From the IMG/VR virus record IMGVR_UViG_3300045391_003842, positions 1 to 64,000 of that record: a stretch of DNA of 64,000 bases; one strand, written 5' to 3'. The first letter of the stretch is position 1. Each line of letters begins with the position of its first letter. The notes below the pieces were generated by a model. It saw nothing but the letters and a program-made list of their open reading frames with translations. It did no database searches and was not told the DNA's origin. Source of the stretch: a virus. Positions 29,157 to 40,352 of this stretch are shown in pieces. Made by a program: the position numbers and the translations under genes.

Positions 29157-29441
29157 TCAAAAATGCGGTTCCCGGCGCCGACACCTCGTGAGCGAATCGT
29201 AGTGCATCACAAGCTGCTGCTTCGTCTCGCCGAAGATCGCCCAGAGACCCAGCGCCACCCACCCGATCAGGCTCCAGCCTATCAGGACGTTGAGCCAGAA
29301 CACCGTCCGGCGCTGCGCCATGTCACGCGATGCCGCGATGATGTACGGCACCATGTAAAACAGCGCCATAATGATGATTCCGGCGATGATCAGCGCGATG
29401 TACGCGAGTCCCACCATCGGATCCACTGTGTTGTACATCAA
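29157..29441 (-). CDS. Superinfection immunity protein (T4 Imm-like)
   Basis: Y..P.IIA..R......F.LN.L.GW..IGWV...WA. Confidence 0.85.
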   Translation of the reverse strand: MMYNTVDPMVGLAYIALIIAGIIIMALFYMVPYIIAASRDMAQRRTVFWLNVLIGWSLIGWVALGLWAIFGETKQQLVMHYDSLTRCRRREPHF

Positions 29442-30190
29442 GGTTCTCCAGCGAGGGCGAACGGCTTGCCCAGCAGTGCCGCGATCTGCTGGTTGGTCAA
29501 CATGAACAGGCGGCCGGTGCGCACGTGCGCTTCCTGGTCCACGATGAAAGACGGGAACGGCTGGGCCTGTTCATGCAGGTGGATCTCGTTCATCTGCGGA
29601 TGTTCCTTGGCGAACAGGTTGAACTTCCGGCAGAGCGATGCCGCTACCATGCGCGTCTTGATCACCTTGGCCGTCTCGCGCTCGTACGACTGCGCCAGGA
29701 TCGAAGCGTGCGGGATGTAGGGCTGCACCAGCCGGCGCCAGATATCCGCGGCAGCCGCTTGCGCATGCTTCTCCGCCCGATAGGCGCTGATGGTCACCGC
29801 ATCCGGCAGCTTGCCGATGAAGGACTGCCCGGCCAGCAGGAAGGCCAGCGGGTACGGCGCGCCGTCGCCCCGCAGTGTGGTGGACGGCGGCAGGGCCAGT
29901 TCCACCTTCACGCGCTCATAGGGCGCTTCGATCGAAAGCCGGAAACCCAGCACGCCGCGTTGGTTGGTGATGCGGGCTGACAAAGGCGGGGCGCCGTTCG
30001 TGCTGTGGGCCGCCAGATAATGACTGTCCAGCATCCAGACGCTACCGGTCTTATCGCTGAGCGTCCAGGCGGCGCACACCTTGATGGCGATGGTATTCAG
30101 CACCGCGCTGGCTGCCGTCAATTCGGCCGCGAGTTCCGGCGACAGCGCCGCGTCGGATTTCAGGATGGAGCCAGTTGTCATATCGTCCAT
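29438..30190 (-). CDS. Hypothetical protein, paralog of 37875-38654
   Basis: Shared blocks F.[LI]SI..PY.....[LI]PP, RAEK.......W.R...P, P.FIVD. Confidence 0.65.
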   Translation of the reverse strand: MDDMTTGSILKSDAALSPELAAELTAASAVLNTIAIKVCAAWTLSDKTGSVWMLDSHYLAAHSTNGAPPLSARITNQRGVLGFRLSIEAPYERVKVELALPPSTTLRGDGAPYPLAFLLAGQSFIGKLPDAVTISAYRAEKHAQAAAADIWRRLVQPYIPHASILAQSYERETAKVIKTRMVAASLCRKFNLFAKEHPQMNEIHLHEQAQPFPSFIVDQEAHVRTGRLFMLTNQQIAALLGKPFALAGEP

Positions 30191-30248
30191 TTTTAGCCTC
30201 GAATGGGAGAAGTTGGTTTACAGATCCGGGATTCAGCTTGACAGGGAG

Positions 30249-30638
30249 CTATGCAGGTTCTTTGGCCACCTCCCCATGCACGCGATCGATGGTCTTACGC
30301 AGGACGGTCTTCACCGCGTCGAAATTCATCGAATCGTTGAAACAATGGATGGTGGCCGCAGCGTCAACGTAGCCGTAATCGTACCCCATCTCCACGATGG
30401 TGTCGCCGATTGCTGCCTGTGCGCTATGATAGGCCACGGAATCAAACAAGCCATCCCGCTGGGGACGAGCCGCGCGCCGCAATGCGCCGTCCAGGCAGAA
30501 ACAGACCGCGCGCTCCGAATCGATCATGCTGGTGCGGTTGTGCCGATCACGGGCGTAGTCGCGCTGTATCCAGGCCAGCGGTTTGTCCAGAATTTTATCC
30601 GCGCCCTTCAGCACGCGCAGCAGGTTCTGACGGCTCAT
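30249..30638 (-). CDS. DUF6197-like protein (paralog 1)
   Basis: W.Q...A, CFCLDGA, I..FND. Confidence 0.65.
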   Translation of the reverse strand: MSRQNLLRVLKGADKILDKPLAWIQRDYARDRHNRTSMIDSERAVCFCLDGALRRAARPQRDGLFDSVAYHSAQAAIGDTIVEMGYDYGYVDAAATIHCFNDSMNFDAVKTVLRKTIDRVHGEVAKEPA

Positions 30639-31063
30639 GCTGCCATCTCCAACGACTTCACCGCGTGGTCCACAACCCAGAGAATGTCTTCGTAGGCGGT
30701 GCCGCTCGCGTCGTTGAAATTCCAGATCGCCTCGCGCGTGGAATAGTTGACGCGTGAATCGTTATCTTCAACGGGCGGCTCGCGCAGATCGATTGCGTCC
30801 TCCAGCGCCCGGATCACGATTTCATACACCATGTCGTCCTGCGCCGTGTCAGGCACGACGCCGCCGATGTCCCAGAGGATTTTCAGCACGGCGCCATCCA
30901 GGCAGAAGCATGACGCCAGGACATCATCCGGCTCGGCGCCTTGCATCCGCTTGCCTTCAGCGCCTTTGATCGGAACCATAGCCATCGCGCCCTTGGTCCA
31001 GTTATCTGGACTGTCGAAAAGCCGGCGCACACCCATCGCCACTTCCAACGCCGTGTAGGCCAT
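30635..31063 (-). CDS. DUF6197-like protein (paralog 2)
   Basis: WTKG..A, CFCLDGA, I..FND. Confidence 0.65.
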   Translation of the reverse strand: MAYTALEVAMGVRRLFDSPDNWTKGAMAMVPIKGAEGKRMQGAEPDDVLASCFCLDGAVLKILWDIGGVVPDTAQDDMVYEIVIRALEDAIDLREPPVEDNDSRVNYSTREAIWNFNDASGTAYEDILWVVDHAVKSLEMAA

Positions 31064-31453
31064 TTTGGGGAGTCCCTCCGCGTTCTGCTAATGTCAGTCA
31101 AACATGACAGTTGTAGAAAAGCAATAGGGTTTCACCCAGGCCGAGAAAACTTCCGGCGAGGTTTTGCGGGAAGTAGCGCGTCCAATAATTTGGTCAACCC
31201 ATATTTGAACATGACCGGAGCTACTTCAAACGTTGCCATAACGTTCCGCCGCGCGCACTGTAAGGCCTCTTGAACACCACGCCGGGCTCAGCCATAGCCT
31301 GCTTGGTCTCTTCCTCGTTCCAGGTCTCGGAGACCCAGTCACGGCCGATCCGAGTCGCGGCCATGAACTCTTTCAGCGAGTGACAGGCCATGATGGCGCG
31401 CTCGTTGCCGTTCAGATTGCCGCCATAGACCTTCAGCTTTCGACGCCGTTCCG

Positions 31454-32425
31454 TCATGAGAACGCATCCTCCCAGGTGCCGGCCGTGGACGCCTTGCTGT
31501 ACTCGGTCGCCCGGCCCTCGAAGAAGTTCATGTGCTCAATTGCGTTCAGCATTTCGTCCAGCCAGGGCAGCGGGTTCCGTGGTATATGGAACAACGGATC
31601 CACGCCGAGTTCCTGCAAGCGTCGGTCGGCGATGTACCGGATGTAGGCCTTGACCTCTTCCGACGTGAGCCCTTCCACCGGGCCTTGCTCAAACGCCAGA
31701 TCAATGAAGGCGTCCTCATGGCGCACGATCGCGGCGCAGGTCAGACAGATGTCGCGGATCAGCTTCTTGCCCCAGAGCGCCGGGTTCTCCTGAATGAAGG
31801 TGCGAAACAGCCGGATCACCGAAGCGCAGTGCAGCGATTCGTCGCGCACACTCCAGGTGATGATCTGGCCCATCCCCTTCATCTTTCCGAAGCGCGGGAA
31901 GTTCAGCAGGATCGCGAAGGACGCGAATAGCTGAAGCCCTTCGGTGAAGGCGCCGAAGGCCGCGAGCGTGCGCGCGATGTCATAGCTCGAGTCTACGCTG
32001 AACCCGTGCATGAAATCGTACTTGGCCTTCATCTCGCGGTATTTCAGGAAGGCTTCGTACTCGGTCTCGGGCATCCCGATCGTGTCCAGCAGGTGGCTAT
32101 AGGCCGCGATGTGGACGGTTTCGATGTTGGAGAAGGCTGACAACATCATCAGCACCTCCGTGGGTTTGAACACCCGCGAATAGTGCTTCATGTAACAGTT
32201 GTTCACCTCGACATCCGCTTGCGTGAAGAAACGGAAGATCTGAGTCAGCAGGTTGCGTTCCGAATCGTTTAGCTTCTTACGCCAGTCCTGGACATCGTCG
32301 GCGAGCGGCACTTCTTCCGGCAGCCAATGCACCTTCTGCTGGACCAGCCACGCTTCATAGCACCATGGGTAACGAAACGGCTTATAGACCGGGTTCTCGG
32401 TCAACAGGCTGCACGGGCTGTTCAT
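31454..32425 (-). CDS. nrdB: Ribonucleotide reductase class Ia beta subunit
   Basis: YKPFRYPW, HWLPEEVP, FFTQAD, E.VH..AY (radical Tyr), TEG..LF.SF, RDESLH, NFFE.R.TEY; start 32425 or 32455. Confidence 0.95.
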   Translation of the reverse strand: MNSPCSLLTENPVYKPFRYPWCYEAWLVQQKVHWLPEEVPLADDVQDWRKKLNDSERNLLTQIFRFFTQADVEVNNCYMKHYSRVFKPTEVLMMLSAFSNIETVHIAAYSHLLDTIGMPETEYEAFLKYREMKAKYDFMHGFSVDSSYDIARTLAAFGAFTEGLQLFASFAILLNFPRFGKMKGMGQIITWSVRDESLHCASVIRLFRTFIQENPALWGKKLIRDICLTCAAIVRHEDAFIDLAFEQGPVEGLTSEEVKAYIRYIADRRLQELGVDPLFHIPRNPLPWLDEMLNAIEHMNFFEGRATEYSKASTAGTWEDAFS

Positions 32426-34023
32426 AGTCACTCCGGGGTAAATGCGACCGCGCAAACAGACTACCTGTTGTAGCCATCGTCAAGACAACATCCAAGATGT
32501 AGCATAGTTCCTCGAACGAATCAGCGCGAACTGTCGCATGGCAGCGACAGGACTTCGGCACCGTGGTGCGCGGGAGCGCCGCCATCGCCGGGCTGAACCG
32601 GAGCCCGTGCTTGTACTGGGTCGGCAGGCGCCAGAACATCGTGAAGCGGTTGACCATGTTGGCCGCCCGGTGCCCGTAGAGCCGCACCGATGTCTTTGCG
32701 TCATGCACCGTCCTGATATGCACCACCGCAAGCTGATCGTTCGGATTGGAAGCGTGCTCCACGGTCACGGCGGCACCATGCCGCTCACCGATCCGTCTCA
32801 AAATTCCGATCATGACCGGCCGGTGCTTGCGGCGAATCTCCAGCCATTGGTCAGGCTTCGCGCGGACGGCCGCCAGCGCGTTCTTCATGTCCATCAGTCG
32901 GTATCCATCAGCAAGACGCAGAGCACCGTAGCGGCGCCCATCGCCAGAAGCACCACGATCGAAGCCGCTATGCCGAACGCCTGGAACGCCGCTGATGTCA
33001 GCACGAACAGCTTCAACACCAGGGCGAGGATGACCAGGATGGCCATCGCGCAGAGCCAGTATGTCACAGCCGCGGTTTCTGCGGACCGGCCAGGACCACG
33101 GACACCACGTATGCCTGCCCGCTCAGCAGGATGACGGCGAGCCACAGGCCGACCAGCTTCCATGCGGCGGCGGAGATCAACAGGGCGACGATGACGTAAC
33201 ACGCAAGCGCTCCCATCACAGAACCAGCGCCGCGAGGACGCCGGCCGCCATGCCCATGATGAAAACCACCACCACGAGCCAAACGATAGCCGTGCCGGCT
33301 CCGTCGAACATATTAGGGTCCACGGTCAAAGTCCTTCGTGCGTTTGAGGATGTAGAGATGGAAGCAACGAGCGCTCAATCCTTGGACTCATCGTGAGCGC
33401 CGTATTCTGCGGCATATAAACGTGCCTCCATCTCCTGCACCATCTCGTCTGACGGAAACACGCGCCAAGCTTCATCAGGCTTGCCAGACCAACACGCCCA
33501 TAGCTCATAACCGATCGGCAGTCGGCGCAACTCGAACTGGGGCGCCTCGAAGGTGTCCTTCGTCATGTCGAAATCGGGGATGTTCGGCCCCTGCGCCATA
33601 ACGATCAGGTGCTTGCCTTCGGCCGCCACCATGAAGGTAATAGTTGAGTCGGGAGGAAGACCCAGTATGCGAGGCAGAATGGACTCGGCGAACATGATAC
33701 GGACGTGGCCCATGGCTATTTCTCCCGAACAATGTGGACGATTTGCAGCTTGGTCCCAGGGCTAACCATGCTGCGCGCCAATATGATAGCCTCGGCGGAA
33801 GCCAGGGCGTTGCCCTGCATCGCCATCTCATAGTCCTGCATGGCGCCTGTGTCGGAAACCTCTACCTCTACTCGCACCTGCAAGCGCATCTCGGCGACGG
33901 CATGGCCCTTAGTTGCGCTGGTCCAAAAGTGGATCAGAAAGCGCATCGTGATATGCCTCTCAGGTTCGGACCGGAGCGGCTTTTCAGAAGCGCCAAGCAT
34001 GGCCCGCCACGCTCGCGTCATGG

Positions 34024-34593
34024 CTAGTGCGACTCCTTCTTGAATCCAGGGACGGTGGAAGCGATGGCCCGATTGACCGAGTCGTAACGCGTGCCGAACA
34101 CGATCGGGTTGCGCGTCACGGGGTGAATCCGAACCCGTTCCATGCCATGCTGTTTGACCAGAAGCGCGAAGCCCATGCGTTCCTCCCAGACTTTCAGCGC
34201 CTTGAAGTCCGGGGAGTAGACGACATCGCCTTCGCTACATTGGTACGCCAGGGTTTCGATCGCATCGAAGCATCTCGCAGCGCGGTCAACCGTGGCGATG
34301 ATCGGGACAACGCCAGCCTCGAACGACTGCGCATCCTTGAAGATGCCGTGCGGCCCAGGAAGGTTCATCGGGTTGTCCTGGCAGTCAGGATAGGCCTGCA
34401 TGACGGCTTCGATGTTGAGCGTGAACAGGCGCCGGCCAAGCCGGGTCGCGGCTTTGTGGGTGTTGACGCGCTCGCCCAGGAACCATTCGCTCAGGAAGAC
34501 TAGCCCCCTGATCGGGCTTTCAACGGTCCATTGGCCGCAGATGCCATGCACGACTTTCTGCATGGTAGAAAGGTCAACGACAAAAGCCGACAT
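34024..34593 (-). CDS. Conserved-looking phage/plasmid hypothetical protein
   Basis: MSAFVV, G..L..LN..AV...Y, YQCSE; first gene behind a repeated promoter. Confidence 0.65.
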   Translation of the reverse strand: MSAFVVDLSTMQKVVHGICGQWTVESPIRGLVFLSEWFLGERVNTHKAATRLGRRLFTLNIEAVMQAYPDCQDNPMNLPGPHGIFKDAQSFEAGVVPIIATVDRAARCFDAIETLAYQCSEGDVVYSPDFKALKVWEERMGFALLVKQHGMERVRIHPVTRNPIVFGTRYDSVNRAIASTVPGFKKESH

Positions 34594-34597
34594 CTTC

Positions 34598-34656
34598 GAG
34601 TCCTTTCGTTTCGTTTGTTATGTGGCTTTTATAGCTGCCACTTTTTAAGCTGTCAA
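34598..34656 (-). promoter_or_regulatory. Repeated promoter/operator/RBS unit
   Basis: TTGACA-gcttaaaaagtggcagc-TATAAA (17-bp spacer), then ACGAAAGGACTC RBS. Confidence 0.85.
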
Positions 34657-35671
34657 TCTAAAACAACGTAAAACGGATTCCTGACTTGCGAGGATTGCAC
34701 TACAAAAGCGCAGCACTTCCGCGTGGAATTCACGTCATCTATCCTAACCGCCGTGTCAGGCGGAACACTGCCACTGCGTATGTGCTCACCGACCGCATCC
34801 CGCAGTGCTCCCAGGACTTTGACTCTCAGGAGATTATCCAACGGGGTGTGTCTGAACTTCTCAAGATCACGAAGTATTTGCTGCCACAATTCTGGCGAAA
34901 AATTCTCGTGCTGAAAGTCAACCATTATCGTGTCTCGTTGATTGACTTGAACTCCGCCATCATCCGATAGAAGTTCTCTTGCGGGATGGACACGGTCTCC
35001 ACGCGCGGGCCGTGGGTGGAACCGCCGTACTTGCGCAGGAGCGCATTTATCGCGTCGCGTTGCTTCGCCTCCCGCAGCAGGAGAACGGCCGCAAGCTGAG
35101 CCTGCGTCTTCGGGTCATCGCTGACCGGGAAGCGGACCACGTTCGACTCGTACGCCGGCTGGAGCGACAGCAGCCAGCGCTTGGCATTGCCCCAGTAGCC
35201 GGATTCAACGCAGAGCGGGGCGCCGTTGCTGTCTTCGCTGGCGTCAATGATCGCCTTCCGAAGCGCGTTCACGCCCGCGTCGAAAGCGGCGCGAAGTGGA
35301 TCCACACCGCTCATGCCGCCTTCTCCGTGGTGTCCTCTGCGCAGCGGATGAGCACCTGATCCTGCACGCACTTGGGCAGATCGGCCCAACGGATGCGGCG
35401 GTGCGAATTGGCCATCCGCTGGCGATAGCCGGCTGCCTGATGCGCCGGCATCTCGCCCCGGTGAGAGGCGCCGTGCTCGCTGCACCCGACGTAGGATATC
35501 CAGGTGTTGCTATAAGTGCCATCCGCCACAGACGACATCGCCGTGGTGAGCATGATCGTGTAGCGGTCACCTTCGCCTGGATCGTCAAAGACGTCCAGGA
35601 CATAGTCAGGCGCACCGACAAGCCAGCGCCGAAGCGTGGCCCGTCGTGGCGTGTACAACGAGCGCTGCATG

Positions 35672-36028
35672 TCAGTCCTCCACGCCCAGGTTAAGCAGGT
35701 CCAACACCTCATCCGCGGCGGCCGGGCCAAGCAGGGCCGCCAAGCTGGCATAGCGGTCCTTGGTGACGTTGCCGCTGGGTTCAGGCTTGGACGCCTCGGC
35801 GCCGATCCCTTCAATGACACGGACCGCGATGCCGTCCTTGCCCTGCTCGCCTTCCACCCACCAGGGCGTCTGGCCAGCGTACCGCGTACCATCGGCGCTG
35901 ATGCTGATGGACGTCACGGCGCGATCGGTGCGGTCCTTCAGACCCACACGGATGTTGATGATGCAACCGGGCGCTTCGATGTGCAGAAGCTTGTCGCGCG
36001 ACTTCTCGGTTATGCTGATGTTGGCCAC
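35672..36028 (-). CDS. Hypothetical protein
   Basis: GTG start behind repeated promoter/RBS. Confidence 0.6.
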   Translation of the reverse strand: MANISITEKSRDKLLHIEAPGCIINIRVGLKDRTDRAVTSISISADGTRYAGQTPWWVEGEQGKDGIAVRVIEGIGAEASKPEPSGNVTKDRYASLAALLGPAAADEVLDLLNLGVED

Positions 36029-36035
36029 AGTCCTA

Positions 36036-36095
36036 AGTCCTTTCGTCTGTTCTTGTTGACATGGCATTTATAGGTGACAGATTTTAAGCTGTCAA
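36036..36095 (-). promoter_or_regulatory. Repeated promoter/operator/RBS unit
   Basis: TTGACA-gcttaaaatctgtcacc-TATAAA-tgcca, ACGAAAGGAC RBS. Confidence 0.88.
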
Positions 36096-36995
36096 CCGGA
36101 AAGAGTGACCGAAACCTCTTCCTCCAGCCATTTCCTGTAGGACTCGTATTGGCCTTTGACAAATGGGATGGCCGGCTCGTTGTGCTCCGCCAGGAACCGG
36201 TGCACCATCCTGGTGTTCCACAGCAGGAATCCGCACATGATGCCGCCGGGCCACCGTAGCCGGTCGCGCTCCAGCATCCCGTTAGGATCGTGCCCGTGGA
36301 ATCGGGCATAGCTCACATAGACCGGATTGAAATCCAGCGGCAGCTTACCGCAAGGATCGCTGTTCATGACACGGGCGTCCTGGTGATGGCCTGAAGCTTG
36401 ACCATCTCGTTATACTTGCGAGTGCAATTGCCCTCACGCACCATCAGATAGCCGAACGATTTGGCGCACCCGTCGTTGCAAAAGTATTGGCTTTCGTAGG
36501 TCACGCCGTCCCACACGCCGAACCGTGTTATATGGCGTTCCGGCTCGGGCCAGTAGCGCACGGAGACCACCTGAAACTCCGTGTATTGCTCGCAATCGGT
36601 CTTGGTCTTCAGGAAGGTGTCAGGCGTGATGCTGTCCTTCATGGCGGATGGCGGGCTGCCAGGATCGCGCACATAGATGGAGGTGACGCGCTTCGGAATG
36701 GCATTGCCGCAATGGCGGCAGAGAGGTGGAAGTTTTTCAGGCATTTACTCTTCCTTTATTTCAACGCCCCAAATCGTTGTCGTGCCTTGTCTCTCGTTGT
36801 GGTTGTCCATCAGCAGAAGATGAGGCGAGTTGCGGATAACGGCTTTAAGTTTCTCCAGTTCGCCTTTCTTCACCGTGATGGATAACGGGTGATCAAGACC
36901 GCAGATGCTGAACTGATCCATCAGGTTGACCACAGCCGTGGTAACCCGCGAGTCGGCGGGCGCGCCCTGGATCACGCGGGTTGCCGGCTTGGCCA

Positions 36996-37775
36996 TCAGA
37001 CGATAACCTTTGTTTGGGTGATGTCGATATAGCACCGCGCGTGGCCGTAGTATTCCTGGAGCGGTGCCAGGACATCGTCAATGTTGTCCTTGGTGACGGG
37101 CAAGAACTTCATGTCGGAAAGCGTCTGCCTGGAGGCGGCAACCATGGTCTCCGCCAGTTTAACGGCTTCCGCCTCGGCGGTGCTCGCGTCGCGGTAGACC
37201 TTGTTAATAGCGCTGCCTGGATTGTTCGGGTGGTCCGCTGTCAGGACGTAGACGGACTCCGCCGTCGCCCGCGACTCGAGCCATTGGACCAGGTACGGGA
37301 TCAGTAGCTCCGGGCGCGTCGCGGGATCGGCCTTGAACGTGTAGTCGTCGGGCAGGATGCCGCGCCGTTTCATCTCCCGCCCGATTTGGAGCCGTGCGAC
37401 TCGCTCCACCTCCCGCGTGACCATGTTGTACGTATTGTGGGCAAACAGCCGGTTGACCAGTTCCACAAGCCCCATCTGCGCCAAGCGCTCATCAACCTTG
37501 CTCAGCCGCTCAACCACGATATTGTGCTCGTCCACCACGACGCCGTCTCTGGGCAGCGTGGCGACGTAGACCGTGGTGAACATGCCGCGCTCGGGATCGG
37601 TGGGGTACCCGGAGTCCTCGGCCGCCTTGAACGCGCCACGGAACACGGCGCCGGGCGTGCTGTCCTGCACAGCGCATACCTCGGCGATGTCCGCGAGCCG
37701 GCGCAGCTTGCCAGCGGTCAACCCTCCAGGGAGGTACGCGGCATCTTCCTCGGCGGGGTTTACGATCCTATGCAT
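36996..37775 (-). CDS. Hypothetical protein; C-terminal domain paralogous to 43071-43337
   Basis: A.H...PG.....Y.D...A.AEAV.L ... G.A.CY..I shared block; ACGAAAAGGACTC RBS. Confidence 0.65.
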   Translation of the reverse strand: MHRIVNPAEEDAAYLPGGLTAGKLRRLADIAEVCAVQDSTPGAVFRGAFKAAEDSGYPTDPERGMFTTVYVATLPRDGVVVDEHNIVVERLSKVDERLAQMGLVELVNRLFAHNTYNMVTREVERVARLQIGREMKRRGILPDDYTFKADPATRPELLIPYLVQWLESRATAESVYVLTADHPNNPGSAINKVYRDASTAEAEAVKLAETMVAASRQTLSDMKFLPVTKDNIDDVLAPLQEYYGHARCYIDITQTKVIV

Positions 37776-37874
37776 TGTTTCGAGTCCTTTTCGTCAGAAT
37801 GTCGGGTTTGCCAGAGGGTCAGGCGCGTTCCTCAGAGCGTTGACTGACAACCGTCAATCAACGCCCGAGTCGTG

Positions 37875-38654
37875 TCAATCCGCGCTGGCCGTCCGCGCCT
37901 TCACCGCGCGCTCCGTGGCACGGTCAAGCACGCTTTCCTTGAGCACGGCCGCGTAAAGCGTGGACGCCGTCTCCAGTGACATGGTGAAGGTGCGGGGAAT
38001 GTTGATGATGCCGTTATAGTCAACGATGAAACCAGGAAGGTTGACGTCCTGACCCATGCCCAGCACGATGGAGTCGCCGCGATTGTCGTACCGCTTCATG
38101 CCAGGGTGGCGGCGCAGAAGTTCGATCGCCGTGGCCTTCTGTTTTTCGATGCCGGCGTGCGTCTCGTCCAGCTTGGCGCGGACCAGCGGCAGGATTTCCT
38201 GAGTCGGCACCGCGACTCGCTTCCAGAACTCCGTCGCGATCTTGGCCGAATCTTTCTCGGCCCGCTCCAGGGTGACGGAGGCTTTCAGATCGGGCGCACC
38301 GTTGGCAGCCCGATACTCGTAGCTCAGGAAATCGCGCAGGGGGTGATAGGCGCCATGGCCTGACAGAGTCGGCTTCAGCGGCGGGATGTAGCTGATGTCC
38401 AACTTGGTGTACGGGTGGCTGATGCTGATCAGAAAGCGGCCCAGATCGCCGTCCGTCACGGTCGCCCGGCAATCCATCTTCGACTCGGGCTCATCGCTCG
38501 GCGGCACCACGGTCCAGGGACCGAACCCCACCCGGCTATTGGTGCGATCATCAAAGACGTTCCACTGCACCGTCAGGTCATATGCGAACTTGCGCACAAA
38601 TGAGGTGCGCATACGATTCGCCTCGTTGTAGTCCAGAGTCCGATGGTTTTGCAT
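37875..38654 (-). CDS. Hypothetical protein, paralog of 29438-30190
   Basis: Shared motifs; ATG behind repeated promoter/RBS. Confidence 0.65.
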   Translation of the reverse strand: MQNHRTLDYNEANRMRTSFVRKFAYDLTVQWNVFDDRTNSRVGFGPWTVVPPSDEPESKMDCRATVTDGDLGRFLISISHPYTKLDISYIPPLKPTLSGHGAYHPLRDFLSYEYRAANGAPDLKASVTLERAEKDSAKIATEFWKRVAVPTQEILPLVRAKLDETHAGIEKQKATAIELLRRHPGMKRYDNRGDSIVLGMGQDVNLPGFIVDYNGIINIPRTFTMSLETASTLYAAVLKESVLDRATERAVKARTASAD

Positions 38655-38659
38655 TTTCA

Positions 38660-38718
38660 AGTCCTTTCGTCTCGTGTTCTTATGCGTCACTTATACATGC
38701 CAAACTTTAAGCTGTCAA
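38660..38718 (-). promoter_or_regulatory. Repeated promoter/operator/RBS unit
   Basis: TTGACA-gcttaaagtttggcatg-TATAAG-tgacg, ACGAAAGGAC RBS. Confidence 0.88.
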
Positions 38719-40065
38719 CAGGGTAAATAAAAAAATCCCCCACAATCACTAGATCGTAGGGGATAAGTTGAAAGGACTCGATTCGCCTGGAATCGAAACA
38801 CCAGACGATGGAGCTAACTTAGGGCCTGTGGATAACCAAAGCAACTCACAACAGACCGAGTATCCGAATTGCAATCCAGACAACAGTGATGGCCGGCAAG
38901 AAACTGGCCATGAAGCTGAAGGTTGAAAAGAATACCACGTCAAACATCGTGGGGCGACGGATGCGGCCCCAGACGTCACGTTGGATACCGCAGCCCATCA
39001 GATAGGTGAGCACCGCGATCGGCACGATGGGCAACCCCAGCGTGCGATAGGCGATCAAGCCGGCGCAGAACGATACCGGAGTCATGGCCGTCAGCGCGGT
39101 GCAGACCATGTTGGAATACTTCACAGCGGAACTACTCTTGCCACGTAACATCTCATGTACTCCATACGTTGCTGCATAGCAACAGCGTCAGCGCGTTGCA
39201 TATGACGGTCGCGGTGCGTGCCGTCCAGCACGCGATACCAGCGGTCGCCGATCCATAGCTCGAGTCCATAAAATTGGATCATGACGCGAGCGCGTAAGCT
39301 GGGGCGGAAACGGCGGGCGTGATGTCGGTGTGCGCGGTGCGGAGCGCATCGCCCGCGTCAGCCCGGCTCAGGAACCGCTCAGGCAGGGCCAGCCCATCCG
39401 GCGTGGTGGCGCGCCAGAGGAAGTTGGCGGATGCGTGCACGCGCTCATTGGTCACCGTGACGTGCCCGATAACCGTGTTGTCGATCAGGCTGACGCGGTA
39501 GCCGGTCGCCTTGCTGCCGAAGTAGGCAAGCCCAGTCGGATCACGCGTCAGCCTGGGGAAGTTGGGAGCGCTCGCGGCGCGTGCCCGTTGCAGTCGGTTC
39601 GACATGGCATAGCTCTTAGGTTGATGGTGGATAGAACGAAAGGCGGATCAGGCGATGAGAAGGATCACGAGCAGTGCCGCGCCAACACCTCCCTGAATGT
39701 CCCGACTGCCGCCCCAGGTTCCCAGCGCGACAAACAGGAGCATCAGAAAGACGATGACGGAGACGGTGCGGGCCATGGCTCAGCCCCCTGCGGCGCGCAG
39801 CATGGCCGCCGCGTCGGCGTAGGACGGCGCCGGGCCAAGCAGGGATATCGGGGTGTATCCAGGGCCGTAGCACTCTTCACACTCCAGCCGGTCGCAGTCC
39901 TCATTGGCCCACAACGCGTTTTGGAGTTCGGTATACCATTCATCGGCGTTGATGATCGGCCCGGCGAGTCGCGCCGGCTTCGCGTCCAGGTCGTTGATAT
40001 GGACCACGCGCTGGCAGCAGGCGCACCGGCCGTGATCTAAAGGAAGGCCTTCGGCCATTGTCTTG

Positions 40066-40124
40066 GAGTCCTTTCGTTGCTTTGCTTATAAGTCACTTAT
40101 ACGTGCCAGTTGCTAAGCTGTCAA
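40066..40124 (-). promoter_or_regulatory. Repeated promoter/operator/RBS unit
   Basis: TTGACA-gcttagcaactggcacg-TATAAG-tgact, ACGAAAGGACTC RBS. Confidence 0.88.
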
Positions 40125-40352
40125 CGCCTTTCTACCGGTCGCGGTAGAGTCCAACTCCTTTGACAATTAGCAACACGCAAAGCGGGATCATGATCATCAT
40201 CAGTACCATTCCCTGAGACGATTCCACTTTACTGGATAGCTCCCAGTCCACGGTAAATATAACCATCAGCATGGAAAATAGAATGAGGAACGCGGCACCC
40301 GCCAAGATAAAGAGGATGCCGGTTTGCCGGGTGTCGGTCCTGCGGGACATGG

